NCBI RefSeq assembly: GCF_001194135.2
Contig: NC_068994.1
Span: 60,251,507-60,315,506, forward strand
DNA length: 64,000 nt
Origin: Octopus bimaculoides
Lineage: Eukaryota
Reading direction: 5' to 3'
The notes under the pieces are model-generated. The model did not search any database. It had not been told where the DNA came from and saw only the letters and a list, made by a program, of their open reading frames with translations. Both the position numbers and the translations under genes were made by a program. This document shows, piece by piece, positions 1 to 11,810 of the stretch (position 1 is the stretch's first letter; each line of letters opens with the position of its first letter).

Positions 1-159
1 TATATAGCGTGAGAGAGTTAGGGGTTAGGGGTACAACCCACTAAGGGATAGTATCTATCCAGTATACTGCTGGGAGGGTAATACACACACACATATATAG
101 ACAAACATATCTACACACATATATACACACATATATAAATTTATATAAATACGGATAAG

Positions 160-870
160 ATCGTTTTTTTTAATTACCGATCATATCAAGTGGCCAGCAT
201 GGGAATGAAAACCTCGTAGGTAATAATTATTATTAAATTATTTTCGTAATGAGATAAAAAAATCAAGGCTGAGTATAATATAGAACATTTATAAATAAAA
301 TGTCTTACAGCTGTTTCCAGGATATTTGTTATATCTCTTCATCGGAGATGGCGTGAGTGGATGGTTAAGCAATAGTTAGTTTAGTTAAGATAGGAAATAG
401 AGAGTAAATGTAGGGATAATATATTTGTAAATCCATTGTTTAGGCAGAATGGTATACATATAAGATTCCAATACCTTGTGAGTAAAATCCACACGAAGCC
501 GAATAGGGGTGTGAATTGATGAAATCGAGGTGAAGGTGTATATTTGCCTGGGGCAGACTAAGCATTTACCTAGACTTGAACACTCGCATACAATCAGAGT
601 TAGGTAGAAAGTCTGGATTAAAGATGTGCTTAAAGCATTGCTAGATGAAACCCTGCGAATCAATGTCTTCGATTGCACCGCTCCAGTTACAGGCTTATAC
701 GCATGCGATACATAGAATACTGCAGACAACGAACAACGAATAACTCCAATCGTGAGGGTAATGCGAAGATTCTTATTAGGAATAACGTTACGGGAAACAT
801 GTCTGAAAGGACGTAATTCGAAAAGGGAGTGGAGTGAACGATTTTAAGCACGGAATACTGACAGCACAAG
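160..870 (-). mobile_element. Decayed Penelope-like element 3' part (GIY-YIG-like remnant followed by pLTR-like end)
   Basis: Minus-strand frameshifted peptides IRCSLSAVFYV and FKHIFNPDFLPNSDCMRVF loosely resemble the GIY-YIG C-terminus. They are followed in the sense direction by a hammerhead-like motif (348->302) and an AT-rich tail, which is the usual Penelope order. Confidence 0.5.
302..348 (-). ncRNA. Minimal type I hammerhead ribozyme-like motif, core mutated (CCGAUGA)
   Basis: Reverse complement reads TCT-CCGATGA-AGAGATA-TAACAAA-TATCCTG-GAAAC-AGCT-GTA-AGAC. It has stem II GATA/TATC, palindromic stem III ACAGCTGT, a GUA cleavage triplet and a 3-bp stem I (TCT/AGA). Confidence 0.6.
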
Positions 871-2499
871 TTCCGCTGAGTCGGGCAATTTGAGTGAAGA
901 TATGGATATGGTGGACTGGATGGGAATGATGGGGAAAGAGAGAGAGAGAGAGTAAACTTCAGCACAAGATTGCCGTCCGTGGCAGATTATATCTCAAGGC
1001 ATTAATTTTCAACCATGAGGATGGACACACACACACACACACACACACCCACATAGTTGTATGGTATTTAATATACCCGTATTCATCGTTGTTCAAATAG
1101 GGCTACTGACCACTTTGAAGTCTTACTCTTAGCTGATTTTCGTACACACATATATGTGGGTGTATACATACACAGATATTATATATATATATACACACAC
1201 ACACACATTGCTAGCAAGTCGAGCGACCACAGAGAGATTTTCTCTCGCTCTCTTTCCCTCTTTCTCTCATTATCTATCTATGATCTACACACCAACCTGT
1301 CACCCTTACGTAATCTCCCCCTCCCCATTTAATGGCTGACTTTACATTTTGTTTTCCCATCCTTTCCGCCATATCTCATTCCACTCCTCCTCCTACCTTC
1401 ATCTTGTCTCTTTCTCACTTCAATAACTTTCTACCCGTTCCTCGTTCACTTTCCTCTCCCCACCTCTCTCTCTCCAACACACACATTAATGTACGCATAC
1501 ACAACGTAGTCATAGAAATACATAGACATATACACAAATAAGATAAATATTGGCTCCGAGACACATGTGTACATCATACAGAAACGCACATAACGCACAC
1601 AAAAGAGCAAATACATGCTAATATACGACCGCTTATTCACAAACGATTGCATTGAGACAGTAACACGCATACACGTGTGTGTACACACACATATATACAT
1701 ACATACACACACACACAGGGACATACAAAGTCGTGCATACACACATGCATAAATGAAAGCCGCCATTTAAATAATGTGCCAGCCGAAAAGCTTGCATTTT
1801 GCCATCGCTTGAATGACTTTTAAGCCTATCTCTTATCAATCTCTTGACATCGGGATTTTTCGGTAATCTTCGCTGGCTTAGCTGAACATTGACTGTGTGT
1901 TTTCGGGCCTTTTATATCTTGATCCGTCTAAATTGAAGATTTTAAAGATAATATGCCTTGTTATTCCCCATCATTCTGTGCATTCTGCTCATCAATGAGT
2001 ACAATTATTTGTTCGCTCATCACAGACTCTCCTCTTTGGACTATTTCGTCAATGGCTGTCAGTTTCAGATTCGGACAAGTAAATGACGACAGCAACGTGG
2101 CAGGAATACACAAAACTAACTATTATGGAGTCACTTTTTAAGAAAGAATAATTGTTTTCAACACACAAACGCACATTCATACACGAGCACACATATAAAC
2201 AAGTAAATTCGTACAAAAACACACGTGCACACAAACACACATCCATAGATGTACACCAACACACACCAATATAAATTAAATGGACCTCAGCCTGTTACAA
2301 CGGGCAGTATTCAGTTGTTTGATCAACTGAACAACTTGCTGACTGTATAAGCGGCTGAATACTTCTTAACGCATTTCTGAGACAGGATCACCTTATTCAA
2401 CCAGTGAAGTCCTAAAAAAATAAACTCCCTTAGAGAACATCCCAAGGAATTAGCCTTCCTGTAATTCAGTTCATTTTGGCATTAGATCCATTATCATTT

Positions 2500-3860
2500 A
2501 TTACAAAAATCCAGTGAACACATGCCAAAGTCTGCAACCGCTAGAGCTACCAATGTAACCTATAATTTTATTGCGGATGACCTGAAGATCTTCGCTCAAA
2601 AATGTTAGCAATGCCAAAAACCAACCGGAGTTAATTACATTTTCAGCTGACATACGAATGGAATTTGGTCAACAGAAGTGTTCGCATTTGATTGCTGAAC
2701 ATGGAAAATCAGTCTCTTAATCCCAAAACCTGTGCGTCAATCTCTCTCTCTCTTCTTTTCTCTTCTCTTCCACATAAAGAATACTACAAATACCTAAGCA
2801 TAGATGAAAACATATACGAAGGTGCTGTGAATAAAGATAGAGTGACTTGAGAATATTACAGACAAATCTGTAAGTCGAAACTCTTACAACAAAACAATAT
2901 TCCACATTGCATTTGCTGTACGAGTGTTGATTCCATTATCTGGGACACTTGACTGGGATATGTATAGAAGAAATCCATTCCACAGACATTAAAACCTGCA
3001 AGATTCCGACATCAACTGGAAACTTGCGCAGAAATAGTTATATCGACAGACTCTATCTAAGAAGAACTGAAGGAAGTAGAGGCTTGAAATCAGTGTAGAC
3101 AACTTTCGAATGTCGAATGGTCTTTCTCAGATAGCACCCTCTAAACAACAGCAGAAACAACTTATAAACTTAGTGCTGAAAAGTGAAGAGAACAACATTC
3201 TACGTGTCGGCAATGAGCTCGTCGGAAGTACTCTCTTCTTGACGACTTCCCATACACTCGCCAAAAGGCTGCACCTCAAAGAACACCTGCACATGAAATA
3301 CTCAGCACATCAAAAGAGACTACACATGGAGATAGTTCCCGAAGACTTGATGATGACAATAATATCGACATGAAATGTTGCATTTCTTGGATTTGCGACC
3401 GCCACATCACATCATACTTCAAAGGCGATGCGTTTGAAAACTCGAAAGGAGGAGATTGCTACAAAACACGTGAAAGCAATGTTGATTATTTGCTATTTAT
3501 GTGGAAGATATTACACCGTGATTAGCAGTTGTCCAAAAGTGTCATCAAGATACTACCTTCCAACGCGACATGACCTTGTCGCTAAAATAATATACAATGC
3601 CATCGAAAAGCACAGACGGTCCCGAAAAAAATATAAAGAATTCCCCTGTTATTCATTACGCATAGAAACATCAACTAAAGGAATATTGGTGAAACATCCC
3701 CTTTCAAAATTTCTATCAAGTATAAACAGGCTGGATGTTGTTTGGGACAGACATGAATAAGTCGTACTGTGAAAAAGGTCAGCTTGCCCTGCTGATGAGA
3801 GTATCGCTGGGAAAATCAGAGAAATCAACTAATTAGAAATACAATCTGTAAGTGGAAGAG
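2500..3860 (+). mobile_element. R4/Dong-type non-LTR retrotransposon fragment (RT C-terminal half, CCHC knuckle, RLE), decayed
   Basis: FIADDLKIFAQ (RT domain 5), MEFGQQKC, DRLYLRRTEGSRGL, C..C..ISSCP..YYLPTRHD and NRLDVVWD (PD-D/E RLE). Multiple stops and frameshifts. Confidence 0.85.
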
Positions 3861-4659
3861 TAAAAATATGGAAAACGTTTCTCATGTTTGAAATGTGATA
3901 TTGATTTTTATCTACATTTCTAAAGATGGAGCCTTGTATCTTTGTTAGAAACCAGCCTTCCTTACAGGAAGACTTCAAATAATTAAAAATAGAAGAGAAC
4001 ACACATACCCACTCTCTCCCTCTCTATCTATCTATGTCTCTTTCTTTTTCTTTCTCCCCCTCTCTTTCTCTATATATATGTATATATATATATATTTACG
4101 CACACATGAATGTACACACATAATTTATACATCATACGTGCCTCCACGCGGAGGCACGCACCAAGTAAGATGTCATGTGATTGTAGTCAATCGCTCGATG
4201 AATATATGAGCAAGCTTCAAAAGCTACAACGTTCGTCACCGCAGGGCTGCGAACCAAAAACGCCGAGTAGCATCTAACGTCGACTGAATACTGTTTAGAG
4301 TAATTGGAACCTACATCAATAAGGAACCACAATCCTCTATATGCATACAAGCACACATACACACACAGAAGTTATACATGCATATGTATATGTGAGTATA
4401 GGCGCACGCGTGGGAGTATTTTCTTCAGCCTTTTTATGAAAGATCGCCCACTGTATTTTGGTAGATGAAGGGTTTTTTCTCAGTTGTTGCACCTTGGTCC
4501 GATCTTGTGCTTTCTCCTTCGATTTTAGTCTAAATTTCCTCGTCATTAGCTTCGTTCACGTCAGCCGTTTTTATTTGTAGCTTTTAGGAGTCCAGTTGTC
4601 AAACTTTGATGCCCATCATTTGACAGCATTCTTATATATAGATGTATGTGTGTCATTAT

Positions 4660-4785
4660 TCAGTTTATTTCAAGATGTCTTGCCAATAGAGAAAGAACCG
4701 GTTTCTAACCTAGATCCAAGGTTCCGTCATTGGAATTTCAACATCAACAACAGGGTATTTTTGGATGTATGTATGTATGTATGTA
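4660..4785 (+). repeat. Dispersed ~120-bp repeat, with an inverted second copy at ~58190-58290
   Basis: TTTCAAGATGTCTTGCCAATAGAGAAAGAACCGGTTTCTAACCTAGATCCAAGGTTCCGTCATTGGAATTTCAACA closely matches the reverse complement of 58200-58290. Both copies abut (TATG)n. Confidence 0.8.
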
Positions 4786-5699
4786 TGTGCAGATTTGTAT
4801 GTTTCATGTATGTATTCTCATGCATATAGTTACATATCGACCAAAGCCTTGTGAGTGGATTTTACCTTATTGTCCTTTACCTTATTTTATTTGAGCAGCT
4901 TATTCTGACCAAAAGTTATTCGTAATTTCTTTTGTAAAAATGTATGTCTGTCGACTGTATTGATGAGGTTTAATAAAGCGAAACATGTCGATAGTTGTTC
5001 TTTACCAACAAAGTTTCTTTACGCATGCCAAATAACCTTGAGAAATGAATTATTTCCCTTCTGCTGACAACGACTACCACTCGGTATTTTTGTCTTTAAC
5101 TAACAAGGAAAATTAATTACGAATTTGTTTGCGTTATTTAGTCACCATCCTTCATCTCACAATCATTTCTTTAAGCATTCATTGACTATCAAACAGACAC
5201 AGATTTACGCAGTAACGTTTGCGCAACTTTCACACTTTAATCTTCTTTTATTCTATCTTATGTCTAACCTTCAACTCCCATCTCTACACCGACTGTATAT
5301 CCCCCCCACTCCATCATTCCAATATGTCTCTCTATTTCTTTTCTGTAATTCTTTTAGTTCCATTCATTTTCTATGCGTTTTCTTTGACACAATCCCGTGA
5401 CATTGCTAAACACACTAATGTACTGAACCTGTCGCACCACAATACACTCAGAAAATAGGTAGGTAGGCAATCGTCTGCTACTTTCACGACTGACGTCACA
5501 TACAACACAGTTTTCTAGTCACCGTTTTCTTCTCTAACCCTTTTCTTCTTTCCTTCTCGCCATTATCTTTTTACACTTTCTTCCCATTTGACCTCTATCT
5601 TATTTTCATACTGTTTACTCCATTAAACTTATCTCACTCACTGGGTTAACCCTCTCTCCCTCTCCAGACTTCATTATCACCCTCTCATCTCTTCCTTTT

Positions 5700-5768
<69 letters not shown>

Positions 5769-5947
5769 TACTATGTCTGAACTTGCGTTTCTTTCCTTAT
5801 CCCATTCACGTTTCCTTATTCGGTATCCATACGTCTCCCCCATCCTCTACTCTACTCTCTTCTCTCTTTTGAGATACTTATTCTTTCATACTTCTCTATA
5901 ATCTCTCTCGCACTATAACACACACACACACACACACACATATATAT

Positions 5948-6322
5948 NNNNNNNNNNNNNNNNNNNNNNNNNNNNNNNNNNNNNNNNNNNNNNNNNNNNN
6001 NNNNNNNNNNNNNNNNNNNNNNNNNNNNNNNNNNNNNNNNNNNNNNNNNNNNNNNNNNNNNNNNNNNNNNNNNNNNNNNNNNNNNNNNNNNNNNNNNNNN
6101 NNNNNNNNNNNNNNNNNNNNNNNNNNNNNNNNNNNNNNNNNNNNNNNNNNNNNNNNNNNNNNNNNNNNNNNNNNNNNNNNNNNNNNNNNNNNNNNNNNNN
6201 NNNNNNNNNNNNNNNNNNNNNNNNNNNNNNNNNNNNNNNNNNNNNNNNNNNNNNNNNNNNNNNNNNNNNNNNNNNNNNNNNNNNNNNNNNNNNNNNNNNN
6301 NNNNNNNNNNNNNNNNNNNNNN
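5948..6322. other. Assembly gap (first of 11; others at 11033-11709, 14207-14586, 18203-18307, 31179-31326, 33506-34472, 39305-39456, 48734-49599, 50593-50671, 56425-56557, 59970-60020)
   Basis: N-runs seen directly, most flanked by (TA)n, (CA)n or (GA)n microsatellites. Confidence 0.99.
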
Positions 6323-7469
6323 ACACACACTAACCCTGACGTTATCTTCTCCACACCATCACCTCTCTATTTGCCCGCCATTATTCTGTATTACTTGGGA
6401 AAGATGGAGACACAAGACGTTAAAATCTGGCGTTATACAGAATTATAAATATTGACACAAATGCAGGGAGGATGAGGAGGATGTAGATGAGGAAGATGAG
6501 GAGGACAAGGAGGATGAGGAAAAGGATGAGGAGGATGAGGCGAAGGAGGCGACATAATTGTCCTCAGAACAGAGTTGGTACTTTGAAGGTCAACTCTGAA
6601 AGAAGAAAAAACAAACTCGATCCAGTTGGGATATGAACTAGAGAGAAAAGAAGAGAAAGTGAGAGAAAGACAGAGAGAGGAGGAGGGAGAAAGAGAAAGA
6701 GAGAGAGAGTGAGAGAGAGAGAGTGAGAGAGAAAGAGGGAGAGAGAGAGTAATTAATTCACCTGTTCTAAAATAAAAACAACAGGTAAGGTTGTGGGATT
6801 AACACAAGCATAAGAGTTGAAAAATACTGGAAAATAATTTTTGCACAGTAATTACGTATCAAAACAGGTGAGTGGAAAAAATATTTGGTATTATTTATTC
6901 ACCATTACACGCGTTTCATTTCCCAATAGGAGTTACAAAAGTGTATATGCAGAATAAACATATAGGACATCTTCAATTAGAAATTTATTAGATAAAGAAT
7001 AAAACATTGTCAAAATAATATATATCTGTTACCAAAAAAACCTCTCGTTCTATCTCTCATTGAAATTATAGACATTTCAGTTACCAGTAATTACAACAAC
7101 AAAACATAACCTAATTGACTCGCTGAGATCTACGAGCGAATTACGAACCTTTAGATTTGTTTGTCTAACGTCGCATCAAATTAACCGGAATTCGAAACCT
7201 TCTCTCATCCTATTCATTCAAACACTGATTCCATTCTGCAAGCAATTCTGATGATCCACCTCATGTTGAGGCACTCCCTCATCAATCGCCACGCCTTTAG
7301 GAATGGAATTAAGGGTCAGTGGATGACCATTGTTCTACTGACTAAAACTAATAACTCATCTCCTCTTAACCGCTCACGCTACATCCGAATTCATCAATCA
7401 CCTCTAATCAAATAGACTCGAACTTATCAATTTATAAACTTTTTCTGTACAGCTATGACTTTCGTTTGT

Positions 7470-7561
7470 TTACATCCCCGTAACTTAGCGGTATGGCAAA
7501 AAGAGACCGATAGAATAAATATCAGGGTCGATTTGTTCGACAAAACCCTTCAAGGCGGTGC
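7470..7561 (+). mobile_element. SINE family A, 3' part (truncated, abutting the next SINE)
   Basis: CCCCGTAACTTAGCGG..CAAAAAGAGACCGATAGAATAA..GGGTCGATTTGTTCGAC..AAGGCGGTGC matches the 3' half of other copies (57620-57775, 50200-50330). Confidence 0.8.
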
Positions 7562-7564
7562 ACG

Positions 7565-7745
7565 CGCAGGTGTATGGTAAGAAGTTTAATTCTCTACCAC
7601 ATGGTTCCGGGTTCAGTCCTACTGCGTGGCATCTTGGGCTATATATAGTCTTCTAGTTATAGCTTCGGGCAGGCTAAAGTCTTGCGAATGGATTTGGTTG
7701 ATGGCGGAAACTGTAAGAAGCCCATCGTATACACGTGCGCGCACG

Positions 7746-7799
<54 letters not shown>

Positions 7800-8030
7800 T
7801 GTGTCTTTGTGTTTGCCCCTTTTGTCAACGGGTGTTGGTGTGTTTACATCTCCATTACTTAGCGGCTCGGTAGAACGGACCGATAAAATAAGTACCAGGC
7901 TTTAAAAAAACAGAAAGAAAGAATAATAATGAGTACTAGTGTCGATTCGTTCGACTAAAATCCTTCAAGGCGGCGCCCCAGCATGGCCGTACTCTAATGC
8001 CTGAAACAAGTGAAAGATAAAAGATATATT
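7565..8030 (+). mobile_element. Near full-length tRNA-derived SINE family A with internal (CA)n
   Basis: tRNA-like head with B box GGTTCAGTCC, body, internal microsatellite, and tail AAGGCGG(C/T)GCCCCAGCATGGCC...CTGAAACAAG..AAAGATAAAAGA. Several homologous copies occur in the window. Confidence 0.85.
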
Positions 8031-8821
8031 GCTAAAACTATATTCCCTAAGCAAGACTGTATCGTATTTGCTATGCTGAACCCTGCCGTCAGGGATTTTC
8101 TCTTCGCCTATGTAACATCATTATCTGCAGATGTATCTAGTTTCTGCCTGATCGTTTAATTCATTAACTCTTTTTCGTAAAAAATGGTGAATGTTTGTTT
8201 TGGTCTCCTTCATTTTCTTCGTGTCATCAAGAAATTAGTTCGAAGGTGTATAAATACGCCGGGCTTTTGTTTAAAAGCTGGGTCGTCTACCATGAAATGT
8301 CGACAATTATAATGATATTAATCCCGCCTCCATTGACAAAAGAGTTCTTCTCAGTAACAAGAACGAAAAAATTATGATCTACTAAAAAAACAAAACAAAA
8401 TGAATTTAAGAGAATAAAAACTAAAAAAAAATAATAAAACAGAAAGAGCAAAAATGTATGAAAGATAATTGTATCTGTCGTTAATCAAAATTCGCAGATT
8501 TGTTTTTGTTGTTTCTGCTTTTTATAAGACTGCAATTAGTATTTCTATTATTGCTTTTACATTTTTTGCTATTTGTTTTTGCTATAATTAGTAGTCGTTG
8601 TTGTTATTGTTGGAATTGCCGTCCATGTTATTGATGTTGTTGTTGTTCTGATGTTCTCCGATGTTGTTCTTGGCATTGTTGTTGTTGTTGCTACTCACGT
8701 TGTCATTAATGTTTTCTTTACCTTCAATATTGTAAGAGCAGCAACAGTTTTTATTACTAATCTTGGCAGCAGCAGCAGCAGTAGTAGTAGTAGCAGTAGT
8801 AGTAGCAGCGTTACGAGTAAC

Positions 8822-9023
8822 TGTTGCTGCACTAGTAGGATAACACGCCGGACAAAAGGCTTGGCAGCATTTAGTCCGTCTTTACGTTCTGAGTTCAAAT
8901 TCCGCCGAGATCTATTTTGCTTTTCATCCTTTCGGGGTCGATAAGTACCAGTTGAACACTGAGGTCAACGTAATTGACTCATCCCCTCCCCCAAAATTGA
9001 TGTCCTTGTGGCAAAATTTGAAA

Positions 9024-9025
<2 letters not shown>
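8822..9025 (+). mobile_element. SINE family B followed by (TTA)n
   Basis: ACGCCGGACAAAA..GCATTTAGTCCGTCTTTACGTTCTGAGTTCAAATTCCGCCGAG..TTTCATCCTTTCGGGGTCGATAAGTACCAGTTG. B-box-like GAGTTCAAATTCC. Multiple copies in the window. Confidence 0.85.
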
Positions 9026-9084
<59 letters not shown>

Positions 9085-9689
9085 TAGCAGCAGCGGCAGC
9101 AGCAGCGGCAGCAGCAGCGGCAGCAGTAGCAGCACTGTTTACGCCAGCGTACCAGGCCTCAAGATTTGCCTGTGCTCTTCCCGGTAAGACAACCAATAAC
9201 CTTTTTCAGGCGTTATTCGCATTGCAGCCATTTTTAGGCAGAGTGAGGGATGGACTAGTTCCTCTTCGCCAGATTATGATGGATTCACTGCAAGGGAACG
9301 ATGGCAACCATTGCCTCAGTTGACAGTTTTTAACTTTCTGATAATAGCAGACTTCATTTTTGAAGTTGACTGGGTTTTGTTGCTTCCACAAATGACATTG
9401 TTGCCGTTGTCACCATCATTACCATATCTTCAGGATCTTCATGAGAAAAGTACACACACACACAGAGACGTGTGGTAGCGAAGCATATCCACAGATATTC
9501 TACTGGCCTTTCTCAGAAAAACTCCAAAATAAACAATGCAATCCTTGTTAAAACAAATATTTAGTTCTTGCTAATCAATTACCGTTCCTCTCCGTTCCAA
9601 AGATGGATCTTCTTTAATCAGTGAAGGCATTTCTAAGAGAGAATATTTCATAGATCTTATTTAGAATTTCAGAATCTTAGGGTTATCAA

Positions 9690-9905
9690 ATATAATGGAG
9701 ATGTAGAGACTGATCTGATGATCCCATTAATTGTCAATGTGTGGAATGGTTCACCAATTTCACGAGATGGAAACATGCAATACTTTTTTTCAGTGGACAA
9801 GGGAACTGGCACCAAACCCAAATGTGGTAAATTTCATGCTATTTCCTTCCTTGTAATTGTTGATAAGATATTTGAAATATTAAAGGAATTGTTGAATACA
9901 GTGTT
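9690..9905 (+). mobile_element. RTE-like LINE reverse transcriptase fragment (domain 1), decayed
   Basis: VWNGSPISRDGNMQYFFSVDKGTGTKPKCGKFHAISFLVIVDKIF resembles IW..G.IP.DWKDA.I..IYKGKGD.S.C.NYRGISLL...GKIF. Confidence 0.6.
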
Positions 9906-9944
9906 CAGGTGAACCACAACTAAAAGAAAAATAATAAAAAAGGC

Positions 9945-10345
9945 CATCAGGTTTATTGTTGACGGATTTCAGGAAGCATGGAAGTTTTAAAGGATGTAAT
10001 GTCTTGATAGCTAACGACTGCTGTGGGTAGGTTATTCCATGCTTCAACAATTCTGAGCGTGAAAAAATGATTCCGAAAGCCATAGATGCTGTTTTTTGAT
10101 TTTATAAGCATGTCCGCAAATGTTTGTCATATGGAATTCAAAAAGGTGCCCAAGGTTGCTGGAAAGATGGTGGATAATTTTGTGGATGTTAACCAAGTCA
10201 GTTGCCAGAGCTTCAATGTATCCATGCCCAGGGAAGCAAGACATTCAGAGTATGGTAGACGCCTGGCGGCGGGTATTCGTTTTGTTGCACGTTTCTGAAC
10301 AGCTTCCTGGAGATTTATAGGCTGAGCAAAATGGGTTCCAGACAA
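9945..10345 (-). mobile_element. CR1/L2-type LINE 3' end
   Basis: LQEAVQKRATKRIP..LPYSECLASLGMDTL, then DLVNIHKII..GHAYKIKKQH and FFTLRIVEAWNNLPTAVV. This is the classic CR1 ORF2 C-terminus. Confidence 0.85.
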
Positions 10346-10784
10346 GTCGAAACGTTTAGATGCCTTAGTGGTTTATTGAAAGGTAATTATATGCAAATTA
10401 ACTTTTATTTTGCTGTATTCGAGATCTATTCGTTTCCTTTAATTGCAGGTTTTTATCATATTACTAATTAATTCCTAATTAGTTGTAAAGCTCTGTAAAT
10501 GAATACAGGCTACTATTAGACGAATTAAGATATGCTGTTGTAAGATTAATGTGTGTCTAATTATCGCAGGAATCGCTCCACTCTATTTTAACTTTCCATA
10601 CGCAATATATTTCCTACAAGTACAGTTTAGTGGTATGGTCATTACATCAGTAAAACAGAATTTTTCGCTTTATATAACCGTGTTCGCTTTATTCCCATTG
10701 TAAATCCTGTTACATTATATTCAATTTGATACCACACACTGCTGTTTATAGTAATGCTTTGCATAAATTTTAGTTCACATGTAT

Positions 10785-10833
10785 CACCAGTTGAAGAGCT
10801 GAGCAAGCGCCGAAACAGACAGGTGTACCGGTA
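10785..10833 (+). ncRNA. Degenerate hammerhead ribozyme-like motif
   Basis: CACCAG-TTGAAGA-GCTGAGCAAGCGCC-GAAAC-AGACAGGT-GTA-CCGGTA. The core is UUGAAGA instead of CUGANGA, and stem I is partly mismatched (CACCAG/CCGGTA). Confidence 0.4.
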
Positions 10834-11779
10834 TTTTAACATACTATTTTCATTAAAAATGTCTATTCATTATATATTCATCTTGTGTATTCATTTCACA
10901 GAGACTTTTGTCATAGCCTACACTAATGATCTACCGAGTCGTAGAGTGTTCCCAGAGAATGAGCACTTCGACTGGACGAAGTGTGTGGCATTACACACGC
11001 ATACAAACACATCGTTATATATATATATATATNNNNNNNNNNNNNNNNNNNNNNNNNNNNNNNNNNNNNNNNNNNNNNNNNNNNNNNNNNNNNNNNNNNN
11101 NNNNNNNNNNNNNNNNNNNNNNNNNNNNNNNNNNNNNNNNNNNNNNNNNNNNNNNNNNNNNNNNNNNNNNNNNNNNNNNNNNNNNNNNNNNNNNNNNNNN
11201 NNNNNNNNNNNNNNNNNNNNNNNNNNNNNNNNNNNNNNNNNNNNNNNNNNNNNNNNNNNNNNNNNNNNNNNNNNNNNNNNNNNNNNNNNNNNNNNNNNNN
11301 NNNNNNNNNNNNNNNNNNNNNNNNNNNNNNNNNNNNNNNNNNNNNNNNNNNNNNNNNNNNNNNNNNNNNNNNNNNNNNNNNNNNNNNNNNNNNNNNNNNN
11401 NNNNNNNNNNNNNNNNNNNNNNNNNNNNNNNNNNNNNNNNNNNNNNNNNNNNNNNNNNNNNNNNNNNNNNNNNNNNNNNNNNNNNNNNNNNNNNNNNNNN
11501 NNNNNNNNNNNNNNNNNNNNNNNNNNNNNNNNNNNNNNNNNNNNNNNNNNNNNNNNNNNNNNNNNNNNNNNNNNNNNNNNNNNNNNNNNNNNNNNNNNNN
11601 NNNNNNNNNNNNNNNNNNNNNNNNNNNNNNNNNNNNNNNNNNNNNNNNNNNNNNNNNNNNNNNNNNNNNNNNNNNNNNNNNNNNNNNNNNNNNNNNNNNN
11701 NNNNNNNNNTATATACGTGTGTTTACGTATGTATAAATTTGTGTAGGAACAGAGTGTGAGTGCGTGTCTGTGTGTGTGT

Positions 11780-11810
<31 letters not shown>

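Noticed and set aside
18-31. TTAGGGGTTAGGGG telomere-like motif
   Set aside because: Only two imperfect units, not an array.
4137-4158. 9-bp GC hairpin CGTGCCTCC-ACGC-GGAGGCACG as a Helitron 3' end or terminator
   Set aside because: No CTRR on either side, and bacterial-type terminators are irrelevant in this context.
8924-9440. Poly-Ala/Leu ORFs and adjacent unique sequence as a transcription-factor exon
   Set aside because: The ORF starts inside a SINE and TTA/GCA microsatellites, no domain is recognisable, and neighbouring frames contain stops.
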